A stretch of DNA of 63,644 bases, the filler included, from Octopus bimaculoides (lineage: Eukaryota): assembly GCF_001194135.2 (NCBI RefSeq). It is 4 parts of 4 records of this genome, joined end to end, with 100 filler letters (N's around TTAATTAATTAA, not from the genome) between each part and the next. Parts side by side here need not be neighbours in the genome. Positions count along the whole stretch, not along the records: positions 1 to 14,224 come from NC_069003.1; 3 more parts are not named here. One strand, given 5' to 3'. Shown piece by piece: positions 1 to 10,944 of this stretch (positions are counted from its first letter, which is position 1; each line of letters begins with the position of its first letter). The notes beneath the pieces are model-generated. The model was not told the origin of the DNA, did no database searches, and saw only the letters and a program-made list of their open reading frames with translations. Both the position numbers and the translations under genes were made by a program.

Positions 1-38
<38 letters not shown>
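1..38. repeat. (TA)n microsatellite
   Basis: Direct reading of the sequence. Confidence 0.98.
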
Positions 39-39
<1 letters not shown>

Positions 40-216
40 ATACAAACACAAAAATGTTAGCCAGTGGTTTTCAAACTTATTTTGACATAGAACCTGTTAT
101 ACGATTTTTCCAAAAAATACAAAATCTCATGTCTATATTTCAAGAACAAACTCCGATTTCCTAATTTTTTAAATGGGATATTAAATGAAATAAAATTTAT
201 TTTTTAAGAAACAACA

Positions 217-245
217 TACGCGGTCTGATCAATAAGTATCCGGAC
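217..245 (+). mobile_element. Isolated mariner-like terminal inverted repeat fragment
   Basis: TACGCGGTCTGATCAATAAGTATCCGGAC resembles the TA-CGAGG(T/G)...AAAAGT..CGG ends typical of mariner TIRs. No partner TIR was found. Confidence 0.4.
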
Positions 246-393
246 ATATGGTTGCCATATGGTTGAGCCTCATGTTTCTTTCATATTTCGCGGAGGATAA
301 AAAAAATAAGATTTTACTCTTCTAGAACTATCTAGAGTTTAAAATAAGCTAGAAATGCGGTCCAAGCAAAATAGACATACCAACACAAATCAC

Positions 394-631
394 TCGACTT
401 TGTTTCCTCATAGATTATGATTATATCGGAATTTAAAGGGGGAAAAAATTGATGGTCGCACACATACATGCTGATATTACATATCTACAAAATGAAACAT
501 GAAATTTTGAAAAACATTATGGTGTGCATCAGTATATATATATATAATCTACACAACCTGAAAGGTAATTATAGAAAATTTCATTAAAAAATATTCATTT
601 TTTTCTGACAGTTATGAGGAAACAAAGTCGA
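394..631. mobile_element. MITE-like segment bounded by a perfect 19-bp inverted repeat
   Basis: TCGACTTTGTTTCCTCATA (394-412) is the exact reverse complement of TATGAGGAAACAAAGTCGA (613-631). It is flanked by diverged direct repeats at about 250-380 and 668-790. Confidence 0.5.
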
Positions 632-974
632 TGGGGGAATTACACTTGTTTAAATATGCCTAAACGATTGATGCCATATGTTCACAAAGTCTTGCTTTCA
701 TATTCTGTCGAGGAAAAAAGTAGTTTTTACACTTCAAGGATTAACTAGAGTAGGCTAGAAATGTGTGTGATACAAGCAAAATAAACGAGTCCATTCATAC
801 TTATAATTACGTCGGTAAATTTCTAACTGCCATATGTTTGAATGAAACATTCTATACTTCCTATCTGCAAATTCCGTCCAGAAAATCTTATCATTTTTAC
901 TCATCAAGAATTAACTACAATTAAAGGCAACTTATGAATTACGAAACCAAACAAATAAATCCGTTTTTCGACAA

Positions 975-1074
<100 letters not shown>

Positions 1075-1889
1075 CACTTACTCAAGGGGATATAAAGATC
1101 GATCCCCTGCCTGTAACTCATTGCTTCTTTAGTTCAATCCAGCAGAATTTGACCACGGACCTTAAAAAGACGAAATTATGCTGTATTTATTCAGAGGTAC
1201 TGGTCAGTAAATCAACATGTACACATGCCTAGTACATTTATAAATACCAAAGTTTACTGTCAATAGAATTTGGTCCTTCATTGTTGAAATTGACGAAAAC
1301 TCAGGATTAGCTTGTATACTTGACCTGATATGTCCAGGCGTGGCGAGTTAAGCTAATATTGGTTAATCCAAGCCAACGAAAAGACCTCTACGTTATGGCG
1401 CTATGTGCTAGAATTAACTAGTGAAACCCCCTTTAATTCTTTAAAAAGGAAGGACTCGTACAGCAATCAGAATACACCGTATCTGATAAGGAGTGGAAAA
1501 ATATGGTCACAGTTATAATATCTTGTGCCATATACCTACTCAATCAGCTATTTAACCATTTGCCTGTTCCTTGTATCACACGTGATACACAAGACATATT
1601 CCCCTAGCATCCATACATTATATTACAATATACATTCCCATTTTTTTTTTGTTTCAACCACCAGAGTAACTTGGAATTGTTGATGGAAATCAGAGCGTTA
1701 TATTAATTTGAACGTATGATACAGAAACCATCTAAAAGCCTGAAAACAATCCTGAACATTTAGGACAAACTTATAAAAATGCTTTAGACAGAACAAGAGT
1801 TATTTACCACCACCACTACCACCATTAACAACAATAAATTTCATAAATTTTGCTTCTGTCGACATCATCAATTTGGAAAGAGAGAGTCA

Positions 1890-2129
1890 CTGCTTCCATA
1901 GCCGAACGGAATAAAATCCTGATATCGGAACCCGGCAGTGAACTATCTCTTCCAATCTGTGGCGTTTGAGACATTTGGCGGGACTGGGCCACTAACGGCG
2001 AAGTTCTTGTCTTCGTTGGCAGCTCGCCTCACCGAGGTGTCAGGTGATGCCCATGAGGGCGCTTGGCTTTTCCAACACCTTAGCCTCGCCATCGTTTGTG
2101 GTAAGGCTTACTTCAGTAGGTTCCATTGA
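1890..2129 (+). mobile_element. 3' fragment of a non-LTR retrotransposon with a restriction-like endonuclease (CRE-like clade), frameshifted
   Basis: The translation SIAERNK / VAFETFGGTGPLTAKFLSSLAARLTEVSGDAHEGAWLFQHLSLAIVCGKA matches the pattern AExxK..FxxxAxETxGxxG....L..RL...TGD......L.QRLS.AI.RGNA at the C-terminus of CRE-type REL endonucleases. Confidence 0.7.
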
Positions 2130-2716
2130 ACCTTGTGGTGTGCAACAGATTGAGGCACTTAGTGCTACTTTGATGTTTTTCTCTTTCTGTTCGTTCTCCC
2201 TTTTTTTCTATTTTTTCTTTGTCTTTCTTTTGTGAAATATATTCCTGTTCATATTTTGAATAAAAACAAACTTGGTCAAGCAAAAAAATATTTAGAATGT
2301 ACGTGAAATACTCTCTGTTAGCAAGAATTAATCTAAAAAAAAGATGAGATTGTAGAATGTCAATAAGTTCAATTGTCGCCATAACTACATGATTTTTTCC
2401 ACATTAATTCCAGCATAATCGTAATCTACATTGTCTGAAATATTTGTAGAAAATTCAATAAGAAAATATCCGTTTTTCAGAAAGTTATTAACAAACAAAT
2501 CGGTATTTGAGCCTGAATGACTGCTTTGTAGCACAAGACGTGATATATGAGTCTGCCAGTTTATTGTGTTTTCTCTGCATGAAACTAACAGTAGTTCCTA
2601 TTAAAATACTATGTGTGTATTTATATATATAAAGAGAGAGAGAGTAATTCTAAGATTAGAGGTAATTCTACGACTAGAAACTCTCTTAATTAATGTAAAA
2701 TTACTTCTGGTTCTGA

Positions 2717-3046
2717 TGTCTTTTTTTTTACATAGGTAGTACTTCATCACAGTTGTCCAAAAGAATATCTAACCATTGCTCTACATTTAGACATATCAAT
2801 AAACGCAACAATACTGGGCTTAGTAAATTGATTTGGTCTCTGAAGGAACATAATAAACAATTTGATTTGGAATGGAATATTCTATCTAGGTCCTTTCCAA
2901 ATGATAAAGGTAAATCTTCTTGTCCACTCTGTAACGAAGAACTCTATCTAATCCTGTTCTCAGAGAATTCGCTTGTAAACACGTTTAAAGAACGCGTTTA
3001 TCGTTGCAAACATTGGCAAATACATACCTTTACTTCCTATAAGTAA
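2717..3046 (+). pseudogene. Penelope-like element GIY-YIG endonuclease, C-terminal fragment (5'-truncated)
   Basis: Extending the ORF upstream in frame gives FFYIGSTSSQLSKRISNH, with the YIG motif at 2729-2737. It continues with NxTxLSKxIWxLK and W.IL....CPLCNEE..LIL, the PLE-type GIY-YIG tail. Confidence 0.85.
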
Positions 3047-3344
3047 TTTTTACCAATCTATAAAATTCGACCTTTAATTGTCTTCTTACATTTCATTTCT
3101 ACTAAATATGTCTATTTCCACGCCTTTAAGCTTTATTCCCATTTATCTATCGCACTACATGTCTCCACTCTTAATTTTCTGTTAATTTCTTTCTTCCACT
3201 CCTCTTTCTCTAAATTGCATTTGACGTTAAATCTATTAACGGTTTCTTTAAAAAATAATTTGCCAGCGTTCCCTTCATCATATACGCAGTCATCACATTT
3301 GGATAAAATAGATTATTGATGTACTTTGTTTCTCTTTTTTTTCT

Positions 3345-3428
3345 CTGATGAGAAGACCGCATTGCTTTACATCATTTTATTCCCTCTGGAATAATACTAA
3401 TGTTTTCTTCGAAACATATGTTGAATAA
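3345..3428 (+). ncRNA. Hammerhead ribozyme-like core (type I, minimal) in the Penelope 3' terminal repeat
   Basis: CTGATGA (3345-3351), then stem II GAAGA (3352-3356) / TCTTC (3406-3410), then GAAAC (3411-3415), the palindromic loop ATAT and GTT. It lies 300 bp downstream of the GIY-YIG stop. Stem I is degenerate. Confidence 0.7.
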
Positions 3429-3446
3429 CACCTGCGTTTAACTCCA

Positions 3447-3599
<153 letters not shown>

Positions 3600-3745
3600 T
3601 AAAGATAATGTTAAAATCCAAGCTAGGATCTCTTGAAGCACATCTGCTTATTCCAGTATTCTAAATCAGTATGTAGATGTTATATTTGTTTGGGGGTATG
3701 CATAAGAGTTGAACATTCTGGGAAATATATTTTTTAGTGAGTAAT

Positions 3746-3965
3746 TATATATCAAAACAGGAGATTTGGAAAAAGTTTTGGTAATACTTATTCACCATTA
3801 CATATGTTTCATTTGCTAATAGGAGTTACAAAATTGTTCACGAAGGAGATATCTTACATGTTTCTCCCGTATGTACAATTTGATAACTCCTATTTGCAAA
3901 TGAAACATGTGTCATACTGAATAATTATTACCAAATTTTTTTCAATCTCCTGTTTTGATATATAC
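3746..3965. mobile_element. Foldback MITE of about 220 bp with about 90-bp imperfect arms and TA ends
   Basis: TATATATCAAAACAGGAGATT...GGAGTTACAAAATTGT (3746-3837) is complementary to ACAATTTGATAACTCC...AATCTCCTGTTTTGATATATA (3875-3965). Confidence 0.8.
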
Positions 3966-4139
3966 ATATAACACACACACACACACACATTTACATATTC
4001 AGACGCTCATATAATTGCTATATACGAACAAATGTACGCACATATATGTAGCCATATATATGCTCCCACATACATGGTATGCATATACCACATATACATG
4101 GATATAAACATACAAATACATGTATGTGTATGTATTTAT

Positions 4140-4320
4140 ATGCATAGGGATGTATGTATGTATGCGTGTATGTATGTATGTATGTATGCGTGTGTGTATG
4201 TATGTATGTATGTATGTATGTATGTGTGTATATGTGTATACATGTGCCATTCAAAACACATTATTGTGTGTGTGTGTGTGTGTCCGAACTGTTTACTGCC
4301 CTCTATTGCGTTTTTGTTCC

Positions 4321-4377
<57 letters not shown>

Positions 4378-4453
4378 TGAATGTATGTACGTATATGCAT
4401 GTATGTGTGTAGATGACAACTTGCACGTACGCACGCTCCTCTCGCTCTTCTCT

Positions 4454-4505
<52 letters not shown>

Positions 4506-4560
4506 CTCATATATATTTCGAGAAACAGACAGCGACAGACAGACAGACAGTCAAAAGAAG
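4140..4560. repeat. Microsatellite cluster: (TATG)n, (TG)n, (TA)n, (CT)n, (GACA)n
   Basis: Direct reading. This explains the YIYI/CVCV/HTHT ORFs here. Confidence 0.95.
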
Positions 4561-4822
4561 AAAGAGAAATGTATGTATGTGTGTGCGTATTTGAGTGTGT
4601 AACGAGTATTATTTAATATGTATATGTTTGTAAAAGTCTGCATTTAAGTACTTATGTATGAAAGACAATGATTGTGTATGTGTGTATATGGATGTGTGCA
4701 TATATACATGTATATGTGTATGCGTGAGTCTGTGAGCTATAACTGTTTTACAATGACGTCAGACTTAACAACTGTTTGATCTCAAGTAGACAACTACATT
4801 ACTCACGTAGTTCTTTCTCTCT

Positions 4823-4861
<39 letters not shown>

Positions 4862-5013
4862 TGTGTCTGTGTAGTTGTAAAGACGTAGACACACATGCAT
4901 ATACATACATACGTTGGCTGATTAAGATAATGCTTTTGTTGGTTATTGAGTTGTTTTGACTCTTATTTCTAGCAATACTAGCGCTGATTAGTGCCCTTCT
5001 TCACTTTAATGAC

Positions 5014-5045
<32 letters not shown>

Positions 5046-5055
5046 NNNNNNNNNN

Positions 5056-5087
<32 letters not shown>

Positions 5088-5239
5088 ATGTCTATGATAT
5101 ACACACACACACACACACACACATATATAAAGGGAGGGAGAGAAATGTGTGTGTGTGCCTGCATATATTCACCCATGTATTTCTGTTGTCTCTAATCTCT
5201 CTCTCTTTCTCCATTGTAATATATATTATATACAGTTAT

Positions 5240-5294
<55 letters not shown>

Positions 5295-5296
<2 letters not shown>

Positions 5297-5418
5297 CGTA
5301 GCAATGTGATTAAAGAAGCTTGCTTCTTAGCCATGTAGTTGAGTTCAGTCCCTCTACATGGCACCTTCTACTATAACCCCTGTCAACCAAAGCCTTGTGA
5401 GTGGATTTCGTAGATGAA
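5295..5418 (+). mobile_element. Degenerate 5' fragment of the tRNA-head SINE (OR-like family)
   Basis: Homologous to the head of the fuller copies at 17944-18372 and 32956-33293 (GAGTTCAGTCCC B-box-like, CCAAAGCCTTGTGAGTGGATTT). Confidence 0.75.
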
Positions 5419-5519
5419 TGAGATTAAAAGGAATTTATAGCATATGCATATATACGAATACACACGCGCGCGCGCACTCACACACAGATGGATAGACAGA
5501 TAGATAGATAATTATATGT

Positions 5520-6413
5520 TGCGAGAGAGTACCTCAAAGAAACCTGAATTTCGCAATATCACTTAATTCACTTAGTTTTGCAGGTTTACACTTTTATCGC
5601 CTTCAAAGTATTCTCCATTTGAAGCAATGCATCGGTCCAGGCACATTTTCCATTATTCGAAGCAGTGCAGGAAATCTTGAGAAGTGATTCCTCTTGACTC
5701 TTCCGTCGTTTTTCTTTTTTCTTTACCTCTTCCACATCTGCAAATTCTATAGCACCACCTTTCGTTACTAGTGATGACCTTCGAGAAAAGGTCCGGATTA
5801 ACTTCCAACTCCTCTTTCAGTTCACCACACGCATTCACTTGTGACTGCTTTTGATCTTCCGTATGCAAGCGAAGCGCAAACTTTGCTGCAACTCTTTTTT
5901 TTCGCAATTCCTCGCTCAAACTTCGTTGGCAGGAGCTCCAAGGCACACCATCATATCAACAAGTTCGTCAATTGTTTGGTGACGGGCCCCCACGATCAGT
6001 TCGTGAATTTTCATGTTTCCATTCGTTCAAGAAGTCAACAGATTGCCCTGAACGAGGTTGGTCTTCAAGCAACAAGTGACCATTGCTAAAGCGTGCAAAA
6101 CCACTTGTAAACTTGTGGCAGCATCCTTGGAAGCTGGTTGAAGCATGACAACTGTTTTCAAGGCCGTTTTCCCCAACAGAAAACAAAATTTCATGGAAGA
6201 ACGCTGTTCCTTCTTTTCAGCCATCACAAAAATTGACGAACAGGGGAGAATAACTGCAAAACAGAGATGCAACACATGGCAGTAAGATCACAGTCGACTG
6301 GATGGTCGGCTGCCTGAGGGTCGCATCAAGTGGTTTCTCGCGGCGGAAGCCTGAACTGCAATTGGCTTGTCCCACAGAGAACGTTTCCAATTAGTCTTGG
6401 GTACCCCCTCGTA
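5520..6413 (-). mobile_element. Internally deleted mariner transposon with both TIRs; transposase pseudogene
   Basis: Frameshifted peptides EQRSSMKFCFLLGKTA (N-terminal HTH), EDQPRSG, PDLFSKVITSNERW (from TGDESW) and C-terminal FLHCFE*WKMCLDRCIASNGEYFEGD. TIRs: TGCGAGAGAGTACC (5520) and the reverse complement TACGAGGGGGTACC (6413). Confidence 0.9.
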
Positions 6414-6415
6414 TG

Positions 6416-6446
<31 letters not shown>

Positions 6447-6684
6447 GTCTGTCTGTCTGTCTGTCTGTCTGTGAAAACCAAATATATTGTGTGTGTGTTT
6501 AATTGGCAAAATATGACCATCCCCAAGTATAACTATACACTATGTACTCCCTCTATAGCAAGACACCTGTTTCTGCCTCTCTATTTCTCTGTCACACTCT
6601 AACCTTTCATCCTCTGACACAAGATCACCTCCTCCAATGCCTCCGCCCCTCTCAAAGGATCTTTGTCTTGCAAGTTACTTGGTC

Positions 6685-6954
6685 ACCCTGCTGGTGCTGG
6701 TGCCACATAAAAAGCATCCAGTCCACACTGTAAAGTGGTTGGCATTGGGAAGGGCATCCAGCTGTGAAAATTGTGCCAAAAATAAACTCGCCTGTGCTAG
6801 TGCCATGGAAGAAGTACTGAGTCCCCTCTATGAAGTGATTGATGTTAGGAGGAGCATCCAGCCATAAGAGCCCTGCCAAAACAGACACAGTAGCCTGGGG
6901 TAGTCTTCTACCCAACCAGCTTCAGTCAACTGTCCTACCCTTGCATGCATGGAA

Positions 6955-6998
<44 letters not shown>
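6685..6998 (+). mobile_element. Two fragments of an RTE-tailed SINE ending in (GAT)n
   Basis: Shares the motif GTGGTTGGC(A/G)TT(A/G)GGAAGGGCATCCAGC and the ...GCATGGAA(A)G..(GAT)n tail with the copies at 7037, 10215, 11759, 12915 and 63300. Confidence 0.75.
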
Positions 6999-6999
<1 letters not shown>

Positions 7000-7002
7000 A
7001 TA

Positions 7003-7036
<34 letters not shown>

Positions 7037-7037
<1 letters not shown>

Positions 7038-7613
7038 CATCATCATCATCATCATCGTTTAACGTCCGCTTTCCATGCTAGCATGGGTTGGACGATTTGA
7101 CTGAGGACTGGTGAAACCGGATGGCAACACCAGGCTCCAATCTGATTTGGCAGAGTTTCTACAGCTGGATGCCCTTCCTAACGCCAACCACTCTGAGAGT
7201 GTAGTGGGTGCTTTTATGTGCCACCCGCACGAAGGCCAGTCAGGCAGTACTGGCAACAGCCACGCTCAAATGGTGTATTTTATGTGCCACCCGCACAAGA
7301 GCCAGTCCAGGGGCACTGGCAACGATCACGCTCAAAAGTCCTTACACATGCCATGGGCACAAGTGCCAGAAAGGCGACGCTGGGCACAGGTGCCATCCCG
7401 ATTTTACTTTCGCTCGCCCCAATAAGTCTTCGCAAGCTGAGTTTCGTGTCCAATGAGACGATGTTGGCATGGGTGCCAGTCGTCGAATTTAGTTCGATTT
7501 CGATTTCACTTGCCTTAACAGGTCTTCGCAAGCGGAGTTTAGTGTCCAAAGAAGGAAAGGTACGCATAAGTGGGCTGGCTGGTCGAGGCCTTGGATTTAG
7601 GTCTCACTTGGCT
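7037..7613 (-). mobile_element. Long modular RTE-tailed SINE with internal 66-bp and 96-bp tandem units
   Basis: (CAT)n tail at 7037. The body CGTTTAACGTCCGCTTTCCATGCTAGCATGGG... is highly similar to 11759-12345. GTGCCACCC recurs at 7218 and 7284; CGATTT.. recurs at 7399 and 7495. Confidence 0.85.
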
Positions 7614-7734
7614 ATATATATGGTGTGATAGGTAAATTGTCACCATTTTATATTTTTAATTTTGTGCATCGTTTGTTTTTGATTCTGTCGACTACACAGT
7701 AAAGTAGGTCACTCTGATCATTCTGATAAGAAAA

Positions 7735-8157
7735 GAACTCCATTCATCTTCTCACATGACTTCAGACACAACAAAGAAGCCTACATCAAGTGCCTGGAGG
7801 AGGTAGTGCTGCCCTGGGTCAAGAGGGTGGCAGCTGGAAGACCTTATATCTGGCAACAGGACTGCGCCATGCTACACAAGCAGGAGAACCCAGTCATGGC
7901 TGTCAGACAATTTCTGCAACCACATCACCCCTAACATCTGGCCACCTAACTCCCCAGGCTGCAACCACCTTGATTATTATGTGTGGGACACAGTTGAGCG
8001 AGAGACCAAGAAAACTTGTAACATTAAAGATGAACTGAAGGCAAGGATTATGGCAGCATTCACCAACTTAAACGAGGAGATCATCCAGAAGAATTGTAAG
8101 AGATTCCGAAGTCATCTGGAGGCCGTGATTGAAGCTAATAGCAATTTTATTGAGTAA
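7735..8157 (+). pseudogene. Tc1/mariner superfamily transposase C-terminal remnant, DD37D (maT)-like
   Basis: Frameshifted translation YIKCLEEVVLPWVKRVAAGRPYIWQQD..WLSDNFCNHITPNIWPPNSPGCNHLDYYVW..FRSHLEAVIEANSNFIE* carries the WPPNSPDLNPLDY-type motif. Confidence 0.85.
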
Positions 8158-8194
8158 ATTTACTCTTTAGTATTTCAAGATGTTCTGTATGTAT

Positions 8195-8379
8195 GCATAT
8201 ATATTTATTGATTATTTATATCATTATGTATCTCCTTATTTCTCTCTGTGTTCCTTTCAGTTGAAGAGCGTAGGCTCGAAACGTCAAAGACTTTCTCTAT
8301 TCCCGAGCATTAAACTAATACATCCATTTGTTGTTTACACCACCTGTCTTCGTCTGTTGTTTTTTTCGTAAATTCTCCC

Positions 8380-8380
<1 letters not shown>
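8195..8380 (+). mobile_element. Short repeat resembling a Penelope terminal repeat, with a hammerhead-like core at 8261-8290
   Basis: TTGAAGAG-CGTAGG-CTC-GAAACGTC-AAAG: a UGANGA...GAAAC-GUC arrangement with palindromic ACGT. Confidence 0.45.
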
Positions 8381-8427
<47 letters not shown>

Positions 8428-8479
8428 TTGTTTAAATGATAAGCAAAATTCTATCTCCCTCTTCAGTAGTTAAATCTGA

Positions 8480-8759
8480 GATTCTTTAATACCACCACCA
8501 CTACCACCCCACTTCCATCACTAGTGCTATCACTACCACCATACAGTAGTGCCCACTCCTCTTTTTTTTCAGTATAATACCACTGTGATGGTAGTATAGA
8601 TATATAAACCTCTGCTCCACCACATCACCCTCTCCTCAGCTTTTGCCAACAACAATAGATAAGTAGGTAAGGTTGAGCCAGCCAAAAGTGAGATCAAGTG
8701 GCTTTTTTGGACCTTGTGGCAGAGATATTGGTCATTGCATACTGCTGCTGCTGCTGCTG

Positions 8760-8791
<32 letters not shown>

Positions 8792-8950
8792 CTCATTACT
8801 ACTACAATTACTACCCACTACTACTTATACTATTATTATTACTTCCACCACCACCACCACCACCACCACCACTACCGTCCTCATAACTACTACTGCTGCT
8901 GTTGCTGCTACTGTGTAGCAGTGGACCAGACCAACAATGATTGTGATAAT
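8480..8950. repeat. Degenerate trinucleotide low-complexity tract (CAC/CTA/CTG)n
   Basis: Direct reading of the sequence. Confidence 0.85.
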
Positions 8951-9351
8951 GTGAAATAGGATCAAGAGAGGATGCCCTCCNNNNNNNNNNNNNNNNNNNN
9001 NNNNNNNNNNNNNNNNNNNNNNNNNNNNNNNNNNNNNNNNNNNNTTTACCAGCCAATGTAGGTATTTCTAAACTTGCTAAAAATAGCAGCTAAATCTCCA
9101 GCAATGAAATACACCTTTCAGTGATAAAAAAGAGGAAATTTCATAATATAATTTCCAAGTAAAGAGAAAAAAAGATTTTAAATAGCTTGGATGATACTGA
9201 CTGGAATGGCTTTGATTATAAGCCTGCTCACACAGAAATGACCTAGGGTTAAATACCACCACCACCGCCATTAGCAGAATGTGGTTGGTTGCCAATGGTG
9301 ACAGTGTATCTGAAAGTTGTTGTTCGCATCAGAAACTATATTTGTCCTAAT

Positions 9352-9465
9352 TATCCTTTCCATTATAGGCACAAGGCCTGAAATTTGGGGGAGGGAGATA
9401 ATCAATTACATCAACCCCCAGTACTCAACTGGTACTTAATTTATCAACCCTGAAAGGATGAAAGA
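9352..9465 (-). mobile_element. SINE fragment (GGCACAAGGCC...CGATTACATCGACCCC family)
   Basis: Homologous to the copies at 16320, 24720, 27130, 30200 and 53040. Confidence 0.75.
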
Positions 9466-9494
9466 TATTTGTCCTAATTATCTCTCTATGAGTT

Positions 9495-9828
9495 AATCAA
9501 CTGGCACTCTGTTAGTTATGTTGATGAGGGTTCCAGTTAATCCGATCGACAGAACAGCCTGCTTGTGAAATTAACATGCAAATGGCTGAGTACTCCACAT
9601 ACACACATACCTTTTACATTGTACTCAGGGAGATTCAGTGTAATGCAAAATGTGACACAGCTGGCCCCTTTGAATTACTGGTACAACTCATTTTTGCCAG
9701 CTGAGTGGATCAAAGCAATGTCAAAGTGTTTTGCTCAGGACAATGCACTGTCTGGAATCAAACTCATGACCTTTATGATTGTGAGCTGAATACACTAACC
9801 ACTAAGCCACACACCTTCGCAATTAACA
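9495..9828 (-). mobile_element. Diverged tRNA-head SINE (same family as 27478-27861)
   Basis: Shares GATCCGATC..GAACAGCCTGCT.GTGAAATTAAC.TGCAA with that copy and has a tRNA-like head ending CACTAAGCC. Confidence 0.8.
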
Positions 9829-10214
9829 GGAATTAATTAGTTAAAGAGTTAGTTAGCATGTCATGAAATTGCTTCCAGAAGTTTGCTCATACACACCTCA
9901 ACAGAAGCATTGCAGATGAGGCACTTCAATTCTTTAGCTGTTTTCCCAAGACAAGGTTAACTCCATACAAATCCTGTGACCTGATAACAAGTGGGCTCTT
10001 TGGCACTTGCTGCATCAGACCAATACAAGTTTGAAGGACAAAAGGGTGGGAAAGGCTCTGTGCAAACCATACTTGTTGTAATAATATTCATTGTCAAGGT
10101 TATTCAGCAAACCAAGACACCATCACCATCATATTTAGTAAAATTGGGGTTGTTTTTGCATACAGATATGTCCCCTGCATCCCTCTCCAGCTGGACGTAC
10201 CTAATCTAGCAGGG

Positions 10215-10460
10215 TCATGGGTGCTGGTGACACATAAACAGGACCCATACTGATGCTATGTAAAAGCACCCATGCTGGTACTGTGCAAAAGCACCCAGTA
10301 CGCTATGTAAAGTGGTTGGCATTAGGAAGATCATCCAGCCATAGAGACCATGCCAACACAGGCATGTAGCCCAAGCAGCTCTTCAGCTGGCCAGCTCCTG
10401 TCGAACCATCCAACACATTCCAGCATGGAAAGCAGATGTTAAATGAAGATGATGGTAATG
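10215..10460 (+). mobile_element. RTE-tailed SINE, degenerate
   Basis: GTGGTTGGCATTAGGAAGATCATCCAGCC...CAGCATGGAAAGCAGATGTTAAATGAAGATGATG. Confidence 0.75.
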
Positions 10461-10660
10461 AAGCCCAATGGTGATGGTGATCTTCAGCTGTCTTGCAGGT
10501 CCCTCATTCATTGAAGTAGTAAAAAAATCTCACCAGCAGCGCCTTGTACTACAGAATATCTATAGATTTTTAACCAAAGTTCTCTCTATAGACCAATGTT
10601 TCTCAACCATTTTTTTTTACCGGTGAACCCTTTTGATTCCTATTTTATTCTACTGGATCC

Positions 10661-10940
10661 CAGGTATGGGTTGTATGGTAAGAAGATTGCTTCTAAACAA
10701 AATGGTTCTGGGTTCAGTCCCACTACATGATACCTTGGACAAGCGTCTTCTACTATAGCCTCAGGCTAACCAAAAGCTTTTTGAATGGATTTAGTAGAAG
10801 GAAACTGAAAGAAGCCTGTCATCACACACACACATATATATGTATGTATATACATATGTATATATTTACATGTGTGGGTCTTTGTGTTTCTGTTTGTCCC
10901 TTACCACTGCATGACAAGTAGTGTTGGTGTGTTTACATAT
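10661..10940 (+). mobile_element. tRNA-head SINE (OR-like), 5' two-thirds
   Basis: GGTTCTGGGTTCAGTCCCACT, CTACTATAGCCTC, GGAAACTGAAAGAAGCC, as in the 17944-18372 copy. Confidence 0.85.
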
Positions 10941-10944
10941 TCCC

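Noticed and set aside
57-100. CAGTGGTTTTCAAACT (and CAATGTTTCTCAACC near 10594) as hAT/Charlie termini
   Set aside because: These are single 15-16-nt matches with no partner TIR or TSD located.
7218-7560. Regularly spaced 66-bp and 96-bp repeats as a CRISPR array
   Set aside because: There are no unique spacers or cas genes, the units are diverged tandem modules inside a SINE, and the context is eukaryotic.
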